Assembly (NCBI RefSeq): GCF_963921235.1
Contig: NC_086108.1
Coordinates: 74,462,001-74,526,000, forward strand
Source of the DNA: Mobula hypostoma
Taxonomy: Eukaryota
Length of the DNA: 64,000 bases
Direction of reading: 5' to 3'
In this document: positions 13,201 to 25,214 of the stretch, in pieces
Layout: each line of letters begins with the position of its first letter
How positions within the stretch are numbered: the first letter of the stretch is position 1
Program-made: the position numbers and the translations under genes
The notes under the pieces: model-generated
Databases searched by the model: none
Told to the model about the DNA's origin: nothing
Seen by the model: only the letters and a program-made list of their open reading frames with translations

Positions 13201-13611
13201 AATGAGGCCAAGGCTGCACGACTCCAGGATCAGAGAGTCAGGACAAAAAAAGATGAGAGAAGAAGAGACAGAGGAGGAGAGGCATGCAGATCTCCAGAAT
13301 CAGAGACAAACAACAAACAGTAGAAGAGATGGAGACGGGGGATGAAAGGGCTGTGCGTCTCCAGAATGACGAGAGGCACAAGCGTGGCAGATAAACCAGA
13401 AATGATGCCGTCAAGTGTCCGTTAAATTAGGAGCAGCTATATTTGCTTTGCCACGCGTTGTTCTTCTTTAATAAACTGAAGTTTTCTACTTCAGTTTCCA
13501 AAGCAAAGCGATACCAATAGCATTCAGGAAAATTTAATGTTCATTCCGGTCACATCAGACTGCACTACCCTTCTCTCAAAGGGTGCCCCAACGGGTCACC
13601 CCGTTGTCTCG
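10227..13611 (+). mobile_element. Probable non-autonomous Helitron interrupted by a Penelope element
   Basis: 5' A|CCTATATACTAATAAAA. 3' hairpin CAACGGG-tcac-CCCGTTG followed by TCTCG|T (CTAG variant). No TSD. The flanking CR1 fragment rejoins across an A|T site. STPR-like 23-aa repeats at ~13180-13370. Confidence 0.7.
10731..13027 (+). mobile_element. Penelope-like retroelement (RT + GIY-YIG), 5'-truncated, decayed
   Basis: MDIQSLYTSIPH..GVVMGTHMGPSYACLF..YIDDCIG (RT). VIFCVRCSR..LYIGKT (GIY-YIG). Hammerhead-like terminal repeat at ~12889-12923. Candidate TSD TCAAGAATA (10716-10724, 13028-13036). Confidence 0.92.
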
Positions 13612-13780
13612 TTAAGGTATATAGATAGGGTATAGAGCCAAACATTTTCCATGGGTATTAAAAACAAGCTGATACAAGCTTAAAGCAAGGGACAATAGAT
13701 TCACACTGAAGAGTATATGATTCATTATAGCATTTTTTCCCTCCAGTCCAGACACTCACTTTAACAGACAACTCAGTAAT

Positions 13781-13952
13781 ACAAAATGCTGGTGGAACTC
13801 AGCAGGTCAGATAGCATTTACAGAAAGGGGTCAGTGTTTCAGCTGAGACCCTTCAGCAGGACATGCCCACTCTTTATTCCTTTACACTGATGCTGCCCGA
13901 CCTGCTAAGTTCCTCCAGCATTTTGTGTGTTACTCTGGATTTCTAGCATCTG
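13781..13952. mobile_element. Penelope-terminal-repeat fold-back element with degenerate hammerhead motif
   Basis: Inverted arms acaaaatgctggtggaactcagcaggtcag / cgacctgctaagttcctccagcattttgt. Minus-strand core CTGCTGA..GAAA at ~13830-13862. Confidence 0.75.
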
Positions 13953-14959
13953 CTTTTATAACAGACATCTCAGGCTCCATGCTGTTATGCCAGGAACTCA
14001 CATGAACCAGTGCGCTGAGATGCAGGCAATAATACAGACCCACAGTACCCACTCCATTCTCCTTGGAATCTGTCACTTCCCCAACAACAGTTTCCCCAAC
14101 AAATGCTACACACATGAATAATAAGAGACAAGGTGTAAAGAAAATTTCAAATGTCACAGGTTGAAGTTTAGTCATGAAACAGCACTAGCTAGGCTAGGAT
14201 TTTTTCCTTTGGGAAGGAGGAATTCAGAGAAAATGATTATATAAAATCATAAAAGACAGAAGAGCTAAACCTTAGCAGACGAGAGCGCTAAGCCTGGAAG
14301 GGTCTTCAGACAGCAGTTGAAGGGATTACAAAGACAGTTAACATTGGCCAATCTTGCCTTCACTAGTGATGCTCTATCTCAAAAAAAAATTCAAGGGCCA
14401 AGCAGGATCTATTTTCCAAGCATGGAGATTGACAACACTGTCAAAAAGGAAACAGTTTAAATTAGCTAGATGAACAGTTGAATTCCTGCAACCAACAAGC
14501 CTACAATGGATTTAATATATATTTTTTTTAAATTAGGACGTGAGCACTTCCTGCCCATTCCTGGTTTCTAAGCTGCTGGTGCACTTCCACCTTGAAATAC
14601 TGCAGTTCCTTAGGTGAAGCAACTCCAAAAACTATGCTGAGGCAAGTTGCAGGATTTAGACTTAGTAGTGACAAAAGAACAGGAAGACGCATATTCAAGG
14701 CAGGAGTTTGTGCTGCTAGAACAGTTCCACTACACGCTGCCCTTTGTCCTCCTGGGTTACAAAGAGCTTAGAGATGCTTTCGTAGCAGTCAGGCAAATGA
14801 CCAATGCACTTTGAGATGGTATACACTGCAGCCAAAGCACAATGGCATAGAGTGAATTTTTAGAAAGGTCGATAGAGGCTATGATGCAAACATATTGAAG
14901 CATTGTGGAGCTACATGCACCTAGACAGATGGAGACTATGCCGCCATGTGCACCAACAT

Positions 14960-15530
14960 GCATGTTTATTTGGGGTTTTGAGTTTAAGGGCCACAAAGTA
15001 ATGTTACAGCTCTATAAAACTCTAATTAGACCACAATTAGAATGTTGTGTTCAGAATTGGTGCCTCATTATAGAAGGAGGTAGAAAATTTAGGCAGGGCA
15101 CAGAGAGAGATTACCAGGGTGCTATTTGGAGTAGAGGGCATGTCTTATGAAGACAAGTTGAGTAAGCTAGGGCTTTTCTCTTTGGAGCAAAGGAAGATGA
15201 AGAGGTTACTTAAAGGTGCAGGTGACACGAGGCATAGTTCAAGTGGGTAGCCAGTATTTATTCCTCAGAGCAGAAATGGCTTAATACAAGGGGAGATAAT
15301 TTTAAGGTGATCAGAGGAAAGTACATTGGGGGAGGAGAGAGAAATGTCAGAGGCAAATTCTTTTTCTTTGCACAGTAGCAGGTGCATGAAACACCCAATC
15401 AAGATGTTAAAACAATGGAGATCTATGTAGGAGGGAACGGCTAGATGGATATCAGAGCAAGCTAAAAGGTTGGCATAACACCTTGGGCCAAAAGGCCTGT
15501 ACTGTGCTGTAATATTCTATGTTCTACATA
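14960..15530 (+). mobile_element. CR1 LINE 3' fragment
   Basis: VMLQLYKTLIRPQLECCVQNW and CR1 tail gggccaaaaggcctgtactgtgctgtaa..ttctatgttcta. Confidence 0.8.
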
Positions 15531-16829
15531 CAATTTGTTCCTTACAGATGCAGAAGCTTTTCTATCAAGTCATCCATGTCAAGTTACCGTCAGTGATGTT
15601 CATAGAACACTTATTTAATGTTTTGCAAAACAAATACAAAATTAATACAGGTCTTGTATTAATTAATACTGTCCCCAGAGTGTTTCCCGTGGCTGAGGCG
15701 TCTACAATCAGGGCCAATCTCAAAGCAAGGGGTTCAGCTATTAATGACTGTTCTTCATCTCAAGACAATGAATTATTGCAACTCTATCCAAGAAGACCCT
15801 AGAAGAAAATTCAATGCAGATAATTTTTTTCCCCTTTAAGTATCAAGAACCTGAAGAGATTTGGAGACTGATGAGAAAAGTGTTGCTGGTGTAAAACAAA
15901 AAACAGCCATATTCTTTTTGAGTGAAGTGCTGGCATAAAGGCTGCCGTACTGCTTCTACTTCTCCAAGTTACTTTGGTTGATCAATATTCAAGGTCTTGC
16001 TTCAAGGAGACACTGAATGCTTGTTTCTGAAAACGTAAAAATTGGGTATTGAATCTTTATAAAATCACGAATTCAGACATTATGGAATTTCAGTCATTGA
16101 GCAAGATGAGACTTATCCAATGACATCCCAAAGAGTTTCCACAACCTACACAAAAATGAGAACCAACCGAGATTGATCTTGGAGTAGGTTAAAAATTCAG
16201 CACAACATCAAGGGCCAAAGGACCTGCACTGAGCTATAATGTTCCAAAATGGTTAAACCCAGACTGCAGGAACTTTCTTTCACCATCTTTTGCAATATAC
16301 AGGACTGCATTTTCACTAAAACTTCTTTACTACCATACATCACAAGGCACCTTGCTGTCAAAGTGTCAACTGCACTTTGTTCTTTTGTCCATCTTTGGAC
16401 CAAGCCTATCAAGTCTGAAACTGAATGCTGCTTAAAAAAAAACAACAACCTCAAAGGATAATGAGCTAGATTGTTTTTGGACTGGTTTAAGAGGCATTTG
16501 ACCTTCTTTTCACGCTAAAATCTTCTACTATAACTTTTAATGACCATCTAGAACCATGGAAATTCTATCCAGACCATAGAAATATGAAGGTAACATCTAA
16601 ACAATAAATACACTACTCCAGACAACTGTCTGGCTAAACCAAATGAAGGCGCTGAATATTGACCTGCCTAAACTACAGTCTACAAAGCCCATTTGGTTGC
16701 CCCCATTATGCAGTAATTTATTCCATTTTATTGGTGGTGGAGCAGAATGCACACATCAGCATACCCCGTTCTAAATTCATCTAGTCCTTAAGGCAAAGTA
16801 ATACCCAGAAAGAATAAACATTTTGCATA

Positions 16830-18073
16830 TAGTTGCAAGGAAAAGTTTGTGAACCCTTTGCAATTACCTGGTTTTCTGCATTAATTACTCAAAATGTGGT
16901 CTGATCTTCATCAGAATTAGACTAATAGATAAACAATATGCCTAAACTACTAACACAAAAATAATTGTACTTTTCACATCTTTATTGAACACATTGTTTA
17001 TTCATTCAGTCCAGGCTGGAAGTAGTATTAACGCTTATATTTAATAACTGGCAGAACCTCCTTTGAAGTTCAAAGTAAAACTTATTATCAGAGTACATGC
17101 ATGTCACCACATACAACCCTGAGATTTTTTTTAACGTTAGCAGCAATAACCTTGGCGAGGAGGAAATTTAGACCATTCCTCTTGTTTCAATTCATCAATA
17201 TTTCTAGGATACCTTGTATAAACTGCCCTCTTCAGGCCATGCCACAGCATCTCAATTGGGTTTAGGTCCAAACTGACTTGGCCATTCCAAAACACAATTT
17301 TTTTTTTCTTTTTAAATTATTCTGTTGCTGATTTACTCTTGTGTTTTGAACCTTTGTCTTGTTGCATCACTCAACTTCTATTAAGCTTCAGGTGACAGAC
17401 AACTACCCTGACATTTTCCTGTCAATACTATTTTGAATTCGTTATTTCCTCAACAATTGCAAGCAGTCCAGGCCCCGAGGTAGCAATGCAGCCCCAAATC
17501 ATGATGTTCCTTCCACCATGCTTCAGAGTAGGGATGAGGTTTTGGTGTTGGTGAGCAGGGCCCTTGTTCCTCCAAACATAGAAGTGTACATTTCTGCCAA
17601 AAAGTGCACCTCCTATTTCACTTGTCCAGAGAACATTGTTCCAGAAGCATTATGGAACATCCAGGTGGTCTTCTGCAAACTTGAGATGTGCAGCAATGTG
17701 TTTTTTTTAAAAAAAAGAAGAGGGCAGTAGTTTCTTCCATGGTGTCATTCTATGAACACCATTCTTGTTCAGTATTTTTCTTATAGGGGACACACGAACA
17801 GAGACTTCAGCAAATTCTACAGATTTCTGCAGGTCTTTTGTTGTTACCCTTGGGTTCTTTTTGAACTCCTTCATTGTGTTCTTGATGTGATCTTTGCAGG
17901 ATGCCCACTCCTAGGGAGAACAGCAACAGTACTGAATTTCTAACGTTTGCGCATCATTAGCTTAGGCAGATTGTCTATTATTGCGACTCAGATGGAAAAA
18001 AAACTACATTTTATGAGTAATTAATGTAGAAAATCAGGTAGTTGCGAAGCGTTCACAAACTTTCTTGCAACTG
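16830..18073 (-). mobile_element. Tc1/mariner DNA transposon, internally deleted; same family as 1-2869
   Basis: TA|tagttgcaaggaaaagtttgtgaaccc ... gttcacaaactttcttgcaactg|TA with long TIRs. Collinear with the first copy. Confidence 0.88.
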
Positions 18074-18599
18074 TAAAAGAAAAATAGTAACCTTGTGAAA
18101 CCTCAACCACTAACTATTGCTACAGTAACATTAGAGTATGCAGACGTTGGAATCGACAGTAAAACAAACAGCTGGAGTAAATGATTGTCAGACGGGGGAG
18201 GGAAGGAAGTAGCGATGCTTTGAGTTAAGGCCTCACATCAGAATCAAAACGTGGAGACTTCAGTCCAGTCACCAATTCAACTTCGATATTATGATATTGG
18301 GGAATTGTAATTCTAAATGCAATCACTATGCAACCTCGCTATAGAATTTTTTTAAAAAAACTACTGCAAAGCCACTTACCAGTCCCTGTAGAGGCATAAC
18401 GAAGGCAGTGTTCAAAATGCAATTGAATTCCACGATGGTAGTGCATCGCCTTCTAACAGGTCAGAAACTACAATATCCATATTGGATCACTCACAGATGC
18501 AACCAATCAAACTTAGAGCGGATTCAACTGCCAGTTTCACGAGGGGGGAAAAAAACTTTCAAGCGCAAATGATAACAATTCGTTTGCTCGTGATTTGAA

Positions 18600-19400
18600 T
18601 GTTCGGAATAATCATTGCCAATCGCCCGAAACAATATCACGCCGACTTCCACAAACCCATTTTTTAAGTTTACGAGATTACACCGCGGCTAGCGAGACGA
18701 TAATCGGGACGCGTTTTCCGGACAAAACAAAAAAGTGTCAGTCATCCGGAATTAAACTGGGAGGACAGGGATAATAAACGGGGACTTGCACAGTGCGGCA
18801 ACCCAGCAGAAGCGGTGCATTTACCGGACTGCTGTTCGAACCGTGACCGTGACTCCGAGCTGGTTGCAAGCGGAATACGGTGGGCGCCTGGAAAGATAAA
18901 GAGAGCGCGCGTCCTACCGACGCAGCCCGGGGCGGCGAGGCGAGGCGAGGCGAGGCGAGGCAGGACAGAACCGGACCGGGCCGGGCCAGGGCTGCGTACT
19001 CCCCCCTTCACTCACTCACTCACTCACCCTTCGGCACTGCCCGCGATGCTGGACGTGGAGGCGCTCGGTTCCTGATCCGCCATTTCAAACGCTCCTTCAG
19101 GATCCTATACGCTTGCCGCCTATAAATTAAAACGAATCCGCAGGAGCCGAACGAGAAGAATATAAACCGAGCCAACAAATTACTCCGGATATTTCACTGG
19201 ATTTCTAACCCCTTCGGTTCAAAATATGGCAGCGGAAAAAAAGGGCTCTTGTTCCCGCTTTTTATTTACCCCACCTTACATCACTTCCGGTTACCTTTCA
19301 CCTCGGCGCGACTGGCGGGAAAATTAACCCTAGCAGATTGAGGTTCATTTATTCGCGCACTGAAACGTTCGCTGTGGTAACGTGGCAGCAAAAATGGGAG
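18600..19400 (-). promoter_or_regulatory. NASP CpG-island promoter with E2F, CHR, ETS and YY1-like motifs
   Basis: CpG-rich. TGGCGGGAAA (19313-19322, E2F). ACTTCCGG (19283-19290, ETS/GABP). Minus-strand TTTGAA immediately 5' of the ATG (19084-19089, CHR). AATATGGC (~19223-19230). (GGCGA)n and (CACT)n microsatellites in intron 1. Confidence 0.75.
19028..19083 (-). CDS. NASP: NASP first coding exon (56 nt)
   Basis: ATG GCG GAT CAG... MADQEPSASTSSIAGSAE(G)|gtgagt. Lies in a CpG island. Phase 2 matches the acceptor phase of exon 8745-8852. Confidence 0.82.
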
Positions 19401-19829
19401 TAATATGTTCATTATCTTCAGAATAGGATATCACTTGTTAAATAGGGCTGCGACAATGATGCAAAAGTTGCTTGTGGAAGTAAAAACGAAAATGAGAGAC
19501 ATAGATACAATGAGCAAAAAAATAGGATGATAAAATTATTAACAATGAGTGGTTGGTAAAGTTAAGACATAAAACCAAGAAATGCTTTATAAGTAAATAA
19601 GCATAAAGAATCTTAAGAGAGTAGAGCTAAAGATGCTGGAAATAAATAATAAGACAAAGTCGAATTTATTGTCACATGCTTAAGTACGCGTATACACCGG
19701 TGCAAATGAAAACCTACTTTCAACAGCATCATAGGTAAAGAGCTTCGGTATAGATTCCCAGACCTTTTTGGTTTACCCTCTTGACTCCCAGACCATACGC
19801 ACAGCACCCAATCCGGCCATTGCATAAAA

Positions 19830-22800
19830 ACTAAACAGTGAAATAAACTAGGAGTTTTGCAAACTCAAAGTGGTGGCAAATAATTGCAAGAATTATTTAC
19901 ATTTATTTAAAGCTGCAAATAACATTTAATTACCGTAGAAACAATTTTCATCAACAATTTTAGAGTGTACATTAGCAGTCCAGCTATTCATTACTTAATT
20001 CCTTTCTCACCTTTCAAAGAGATGGACGGGCTTGGTTTCAGATCCCCAAATTCAGTAACTTACAGTCTGTTTTGTTGCTTTGAAAGGAGTTGTGCAACTG
20101 AATTGAAACCATATTCCACTAAATACGACGTTAGGCAATAAAGAACATCTTGACATTTTTCCACAGTGCAAGATCATTTCTTTCTGCAACTGGAAGTCTT
20201 GGTAGGAGTTTTTGAAACTCAGCTTCATTTTGTAGCGAGATCAGTTCTTCTTTCATCGTCCCTGTTAATTCCTCATTACAGGTGTTCAGGAATGGATTTA
20301 TTACCCAATCTGGAATAGGGTAATAACTCCATTCCTGAACAGAAGATCCGGAAATCTCTCTGACATGTCTTAATGCAACTCACTCCACTGGCCACATTAT
20401 ACCTGAAGATCATCATCCAATGTTCTTTCTTTCTCTTCTAACTCACAGAAGCTTAGAAATTGGAAAAGGCCGCAACAGCCAATGTTGCACTTAGATAGGG
20501 CCAACTTGAAAAGAAATGTGGAGAAGACTGATTTGATTTTGATAAGATTTGCATATTTTCATTGCAATTGAAGATTGATTTCATTAAATGTGGTGAATAA
20601 TTCTGACAAATAAGCAACATCATGCCTAATATTCTCGAGTTGATTATTGAATGAATCATTTGAGTCTTCAAAGAATTTTATCAGTTTCAAAAAGTGCATA
20701 AACATATCTCAGCCAGTTTCCTTTTGAGCGCTTCCATGTGCAATATCAAAATCAGAATCAGGTTTATTATCACCGGCATGTGACGTGAAATTTGTTAATT
20801 TAGCAGCAACAATTCAATGCAATACATAATATAGAAGAAAAAAAGCAAAATAAAATAATCATACATAAATAAACCAATTACAGCATATGTATATTGAATA
20901 GATTAAAAATTGTGCAAAAAACAGAAATACTATACATTAAAAAAGTGAGGTAGTGTCCAAGGGTTCAATGTCCATTTAGGAATCGATAGCAAAGGGCAAG
21001 AAGCTGTTCCTGAATTGCTGAGTGTGTGCCTTCAGGCTTCTGTACCTCCTACCTGATAGTAACAGTGAGAAAAGGGCATGCCCTGGGTGCTGGGGGTCCT
21101 TAATAATCTACTCTGCCTTTCTGAGACACCGCTCCTTGAAGATGTCCTGGGTACTTTGTAGGCTAGTACCTAAGATGGAGCCAACTAAATTTACAACCCA
21201 CTGCAGTTTCTTTCAGTCCTGTGCAGCAGCCTGTCAGAATACTCTCTGTGGTACATCTATACAAGTTTTTGAGTGTATTTGTTGACCAAATCTCTTCAAA
21301 CTCCTAATGAAGTATGGCTGCTGTCTTGCCTTCTTTATAACTACATCGATATGTTGGAACCAGGTTAGATCCTCAGAGATCTTGACACCCAGGAACTTGA
21401 AACTGTTCACTCTCCACCTCTCATCCCCCTATGAGATTGGTATGTGTTCCTTCGTCTTACCTTTCCTGAAGTCCACAATCAGCTCTTTTGTCTTACTGAC
21501 GTTGAGTGCCAGGCTTTTGCTGCAACACCACTCCACCAGTTGGCATATCTCACTCCTGTACACCCTCTTATCACCACCTGAGAGTCTACCAACAATGGTT
21601 GTATTGTCAGCAAATTTATAGATGGTACTTGAGCTATGCCTAGCCACACAGTCATGGATATATAGAGAGTAGAGCAGTGGGCTAAGCACACCCTCTGAGG
21701 TGCACCAGTGTTGATTGTCAGTGGGGAGGAGATGTTATCACCAATCTGCAAAGACTGTAGTCTTCTGGTTAGGAAGTCGAGGATCCGCTTACAGAGGGAG
21801 GTACAGAGGCCCAGGTTCTGCAACTTCTCAATCAGGATTGTGGGAATGATTGTATTAAATGCTGAGCTATAGTCAATGAACAGCATCCTGACATAGTGTT
21901 TGTTTTGTCCAGGTGGTCAGCAATAGCAAGCGTTCAAACTGTTCATCATTCCCAAATGAAAACTCTCAAAATAGTTGAGAATTGAGAGCATGGGGCTTGA
22001 TTTCGTTTACCACTGTGATAACAATACAGTATTTAATGATTGGTGCAGCTGATCACTTAGATTTTTTTGCGACAAGATGTTGTCTATGATGAAGCAAGCA
22101 TAACCAAGAAACAAAGTTTTTTTGACTGGCAAAGTGGACTCATCCAACTCCAGAGTAAATTTCCAAGTATGTTGCACAATATGCCTTCCACATTTTCAGG
22201 TATTTCATCTATTCGTCTTTGAACAGAGTTGTCATTTTACGCTATCACTTCAATTATTTGGTTTGATGATTTATGGAAAACTGTACTCAGAACCTCCCCT
22301 ACTGCTGGCAGAATCAGTTCTTCTCCAATTGTATGGAGTTTTCCAGATTTAGATATGAGCAATTAAATGCTGTATGAAGTATGCAAAGCATCACTATGTT
22401 GTGAAGTGCTGGCAAACATGTTTTGAAGTCTTTTCTGTTTTTCGGAACGTTTCACAAAGTGACTGATAAGTACTTGTTTGCTTTATCAGAGTGGATTATT
22501 TTCAAGTGTTTGTGGAGCATGGATGGTTGCATTGCCTCATTTGAAATCACTTTTTCACACAACAGACACATTTGCTGCCTTTGGTTGCTTGGTGTTGGTG
22601 TAAATCCATATTTCAGATACTCCACATGATGCTGTCTACTTTTCTTTTTCATTTGGTCTGCTTCTGCAATTTTTGTTATGGATTAATGACCACAATCAAC
22701 CACCTATTGTCAAAGTCCAATCTCAAGTGCTGTAATCAAAAAATGGGACTATTTATGATGTCATCATCGCTCAGGCAAAACCTGACTTTCTGACTGAATG

Positions 22801-22860
22801 TACGTAAAAGTGGGCAGCAATATCTCGATTGGGCTCTGGGCTAGAGAAATGCTGTCAAGA
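19830..22860 (-). mobile_element. hAT (Buster/Charlie, ZBED5/SCAND3-like) transposase remnant, split by a Rex-like LINE
   Basis: KKKSRQHHVEYLKYGFTPTPSNQRQQMCLLCEKVISNEAMQPSMLHKHLKIIH (BED finger) at 22452-22652. Further decayed transposase sequence at 19950-20740 and 21930-22450. TIRs not located. Confidence 0.75.
20750..21919 (-). mobile_element. Rex1/Babar-like (L2-group) LINE, 5'-truncated
   Basis: [19 protein letters not shown]; [23 protein letters not shown]. (TTCTGA)n tail. TSD GCAATA(T/G)CAA at 20740-20749 / 21920-21929. Confidence 0.88.
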
Positions 22861-25214
22861 CCATTCGAAAGGGAAGATTGTGAACTTTACCCCATTAAAC
22901 ACCATACCTTAATTTACAGAAATTGTGCCACTGCATGATTAGAGTATAGGAATCAAACTGCTAACACTGTACTACAGTAGTGGGCTGCAAAAATGTGTGT
23001 GCTGTGCCCAGAAACAATTCAATTTCTTCAATCCAGATTTTTCATGATATGCCAATTACAGAAGTGTCATATTGCTTTTCAACAACTATAATGTGCTTTA
23101 AGCAAAGTCTAGGAGAATGATGGGTCAGCAAGAGATGAGGTGATTACTGATCATTGAAGGTCAATGCTTATAATCATTAATTCACTTATTAATCCAATAA
23201 TCCCTTAGCTGCACACCTTGCTACTGAGAGTCCCCAACCTCACCCCTCCCTTTATCTTAATCGCTGACTTAGAAACACCCACCACCTTCAGGAAGTGATA
23301 CCACCAACTCTGGAAACCACTGGTATAGAATGTATAGCCCCTGGGATCCCAGATGTAATTTCTGAAAGGAAAAAGAAAATGTTGAAAGTACTTAGAATTG
23401 TGAGCTGCCTCTATTGAAAGAAAAACTTGGGTTCTTGAAAACTTCTGTTTTTTCCTCTGATCTGCCCAACCTACTGAGTTTTGCATTTTATTTCAGATTT
23501 CTAGTACTTGCAGTAGTTTTGTTTTTAGATCTGTACATGAAGTTGGGCGAAATGGGCATGAATATTGGTGTTCCTTTGCTACCAGACGGTCTGACTTTTG
23601 GTACGTCGACCTGGTGTCAGTTTACTGTCTTTTTAAGAAGTAGCACTGAAGGTCTTATAAGGACCATGGTGGAATGAATTCTGTGAGAATTTTTTTTCAT
23701 TAAATAGATTGTGAACATAAGTAGTTGTAGAGGTAGAATGTAAGATATTGGATGTGGTAAACACTTGAAAGAAGGAAGGTTTGAGATTGAATATTTTTGA
23801 AAACAGTAGCGTACTGGGACTGTTACATTTATTACAGCTCCATTAATGTGCATGCTCAGGATGCTGATAATGCTGGACTAGCTGATTTTCCATGTTATTT
23901 TAGTTAGTACTCCAATGCACTTTAAATTCAGGTTTTTAATTAGCATTTACATCATAGTATAAATTTTCCAACAAACCCGATAAATTAAAAATCCAATAAT
24001 ACATGAAAATGGGACTTCAATTACTTTAAAGGGAGTTTGGGAACTAAGGTCTTTGATGTTGAGTGACCTCAAAATCCTACAGCATGTTGTGTTCACAGAA
24101 ATGGCCAAAACACAACAGAAACAGGCCCTTAAAGCCCACTTTGCCCATGCCAACCTTAATGCTTGTTTACATTAGTCCCATTTGGCTGTGTCAGGCCTTG
24201 TATCCCTCTACTTCTTCCCTATACAAGAATCTGTCCAAATGCTTTTAAACATTGTCTACGTCCACCATCTTCTTCAGATTGTTCCAGCTGAACCATAGGG
24301 GCATAAGACCACACTCCCACCCTTCCCCAGCATCCTTTCGGCCAATGTACAATAACTGCAGGACAAGACAGAAGACCTCAGAACAAAATTGCATTAAAAG
24401 AAGTATGTAAAGAACGCTATGTACAGTATACTGCTTCTCTCTTAACAAGTACTCCAGCCCAAGGATTTTTTGATCCTGCATGGACTGCATGGACTGAAAA
24501 TTAATTTTGACTGAAAATGAAAACCAAAATACTGTACTGTAGATAATGGCAATCTAAAATTACCAACCATCCAGGGACCCAAGCAGCCCTTCCAGTGACA
24601 TAGCACTTCAAATATAGAACAGTACAACACAGGAACAGGCCCTTTAGCCCACAATGTTGTGCTGAACCAAATAAATTACTAATGAAGTGGCCAACCAAAT
24701 GAATCCTTTATTCCTACACAATGCCCATTTTCCTCAAATTTGTGTGCCTATCTAAACATTTCTTAAAAATCCCTGTTTCTGCCTCTACCACCACCAGAGG
24801 CAGCACATTCCAGGCATCTACCACTGTGCAAAAACTTGTCCCTCATAATGTTCCGCTAAGGTGTGCACTTGTGCACACACACACACATCTTTTACTACCA
24901 GAGCACAAAGGAATTTAAACTGCACACAAAAAGTTGTCACTCTCTACCTTATTAGCATGTTAAGTATATTCCACGATCGTACACAATCACATTTCCTTTT
25001 CTGGTTTCCGATATGGAGTGTTGATGATGTGGAGTTTGCAATGATTTGTCTGCAGATTTTAGAACTGGCTTATTTCTACTGTTTTTACTGAAGAAATTAC
25101 TCAGTGCGCACATGGTGCTGTCACTGGTTAAAAAATTGCACAAGATTTTTGAGCACTCTGGTCATTACAATTTAGAGGGAACATTGTTCATAGCTTCTTT
25201 GAAATTACTCTTTC

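Noticed and set aside
18380-18385. 6-nt microexon (ctacag|GGACTG|gtaagt) as the missing NASP exon 2
   Set aside because: Frame-preserving, but it creates TG|A = stop at the junction with the next exon.
18742-19125. Several 80-90-aa ORFs over the NASP CpG island
   Set aside because: GC-rich and microsatellite shadows. The real coding part is the 56-nt minus-strand exon.
19830-22860. ZBED5/SCAND3-like domesticated transposase gene
   Set aside because: Many stops and frameshifts plus a LINE insertion; a dead hAT copy.
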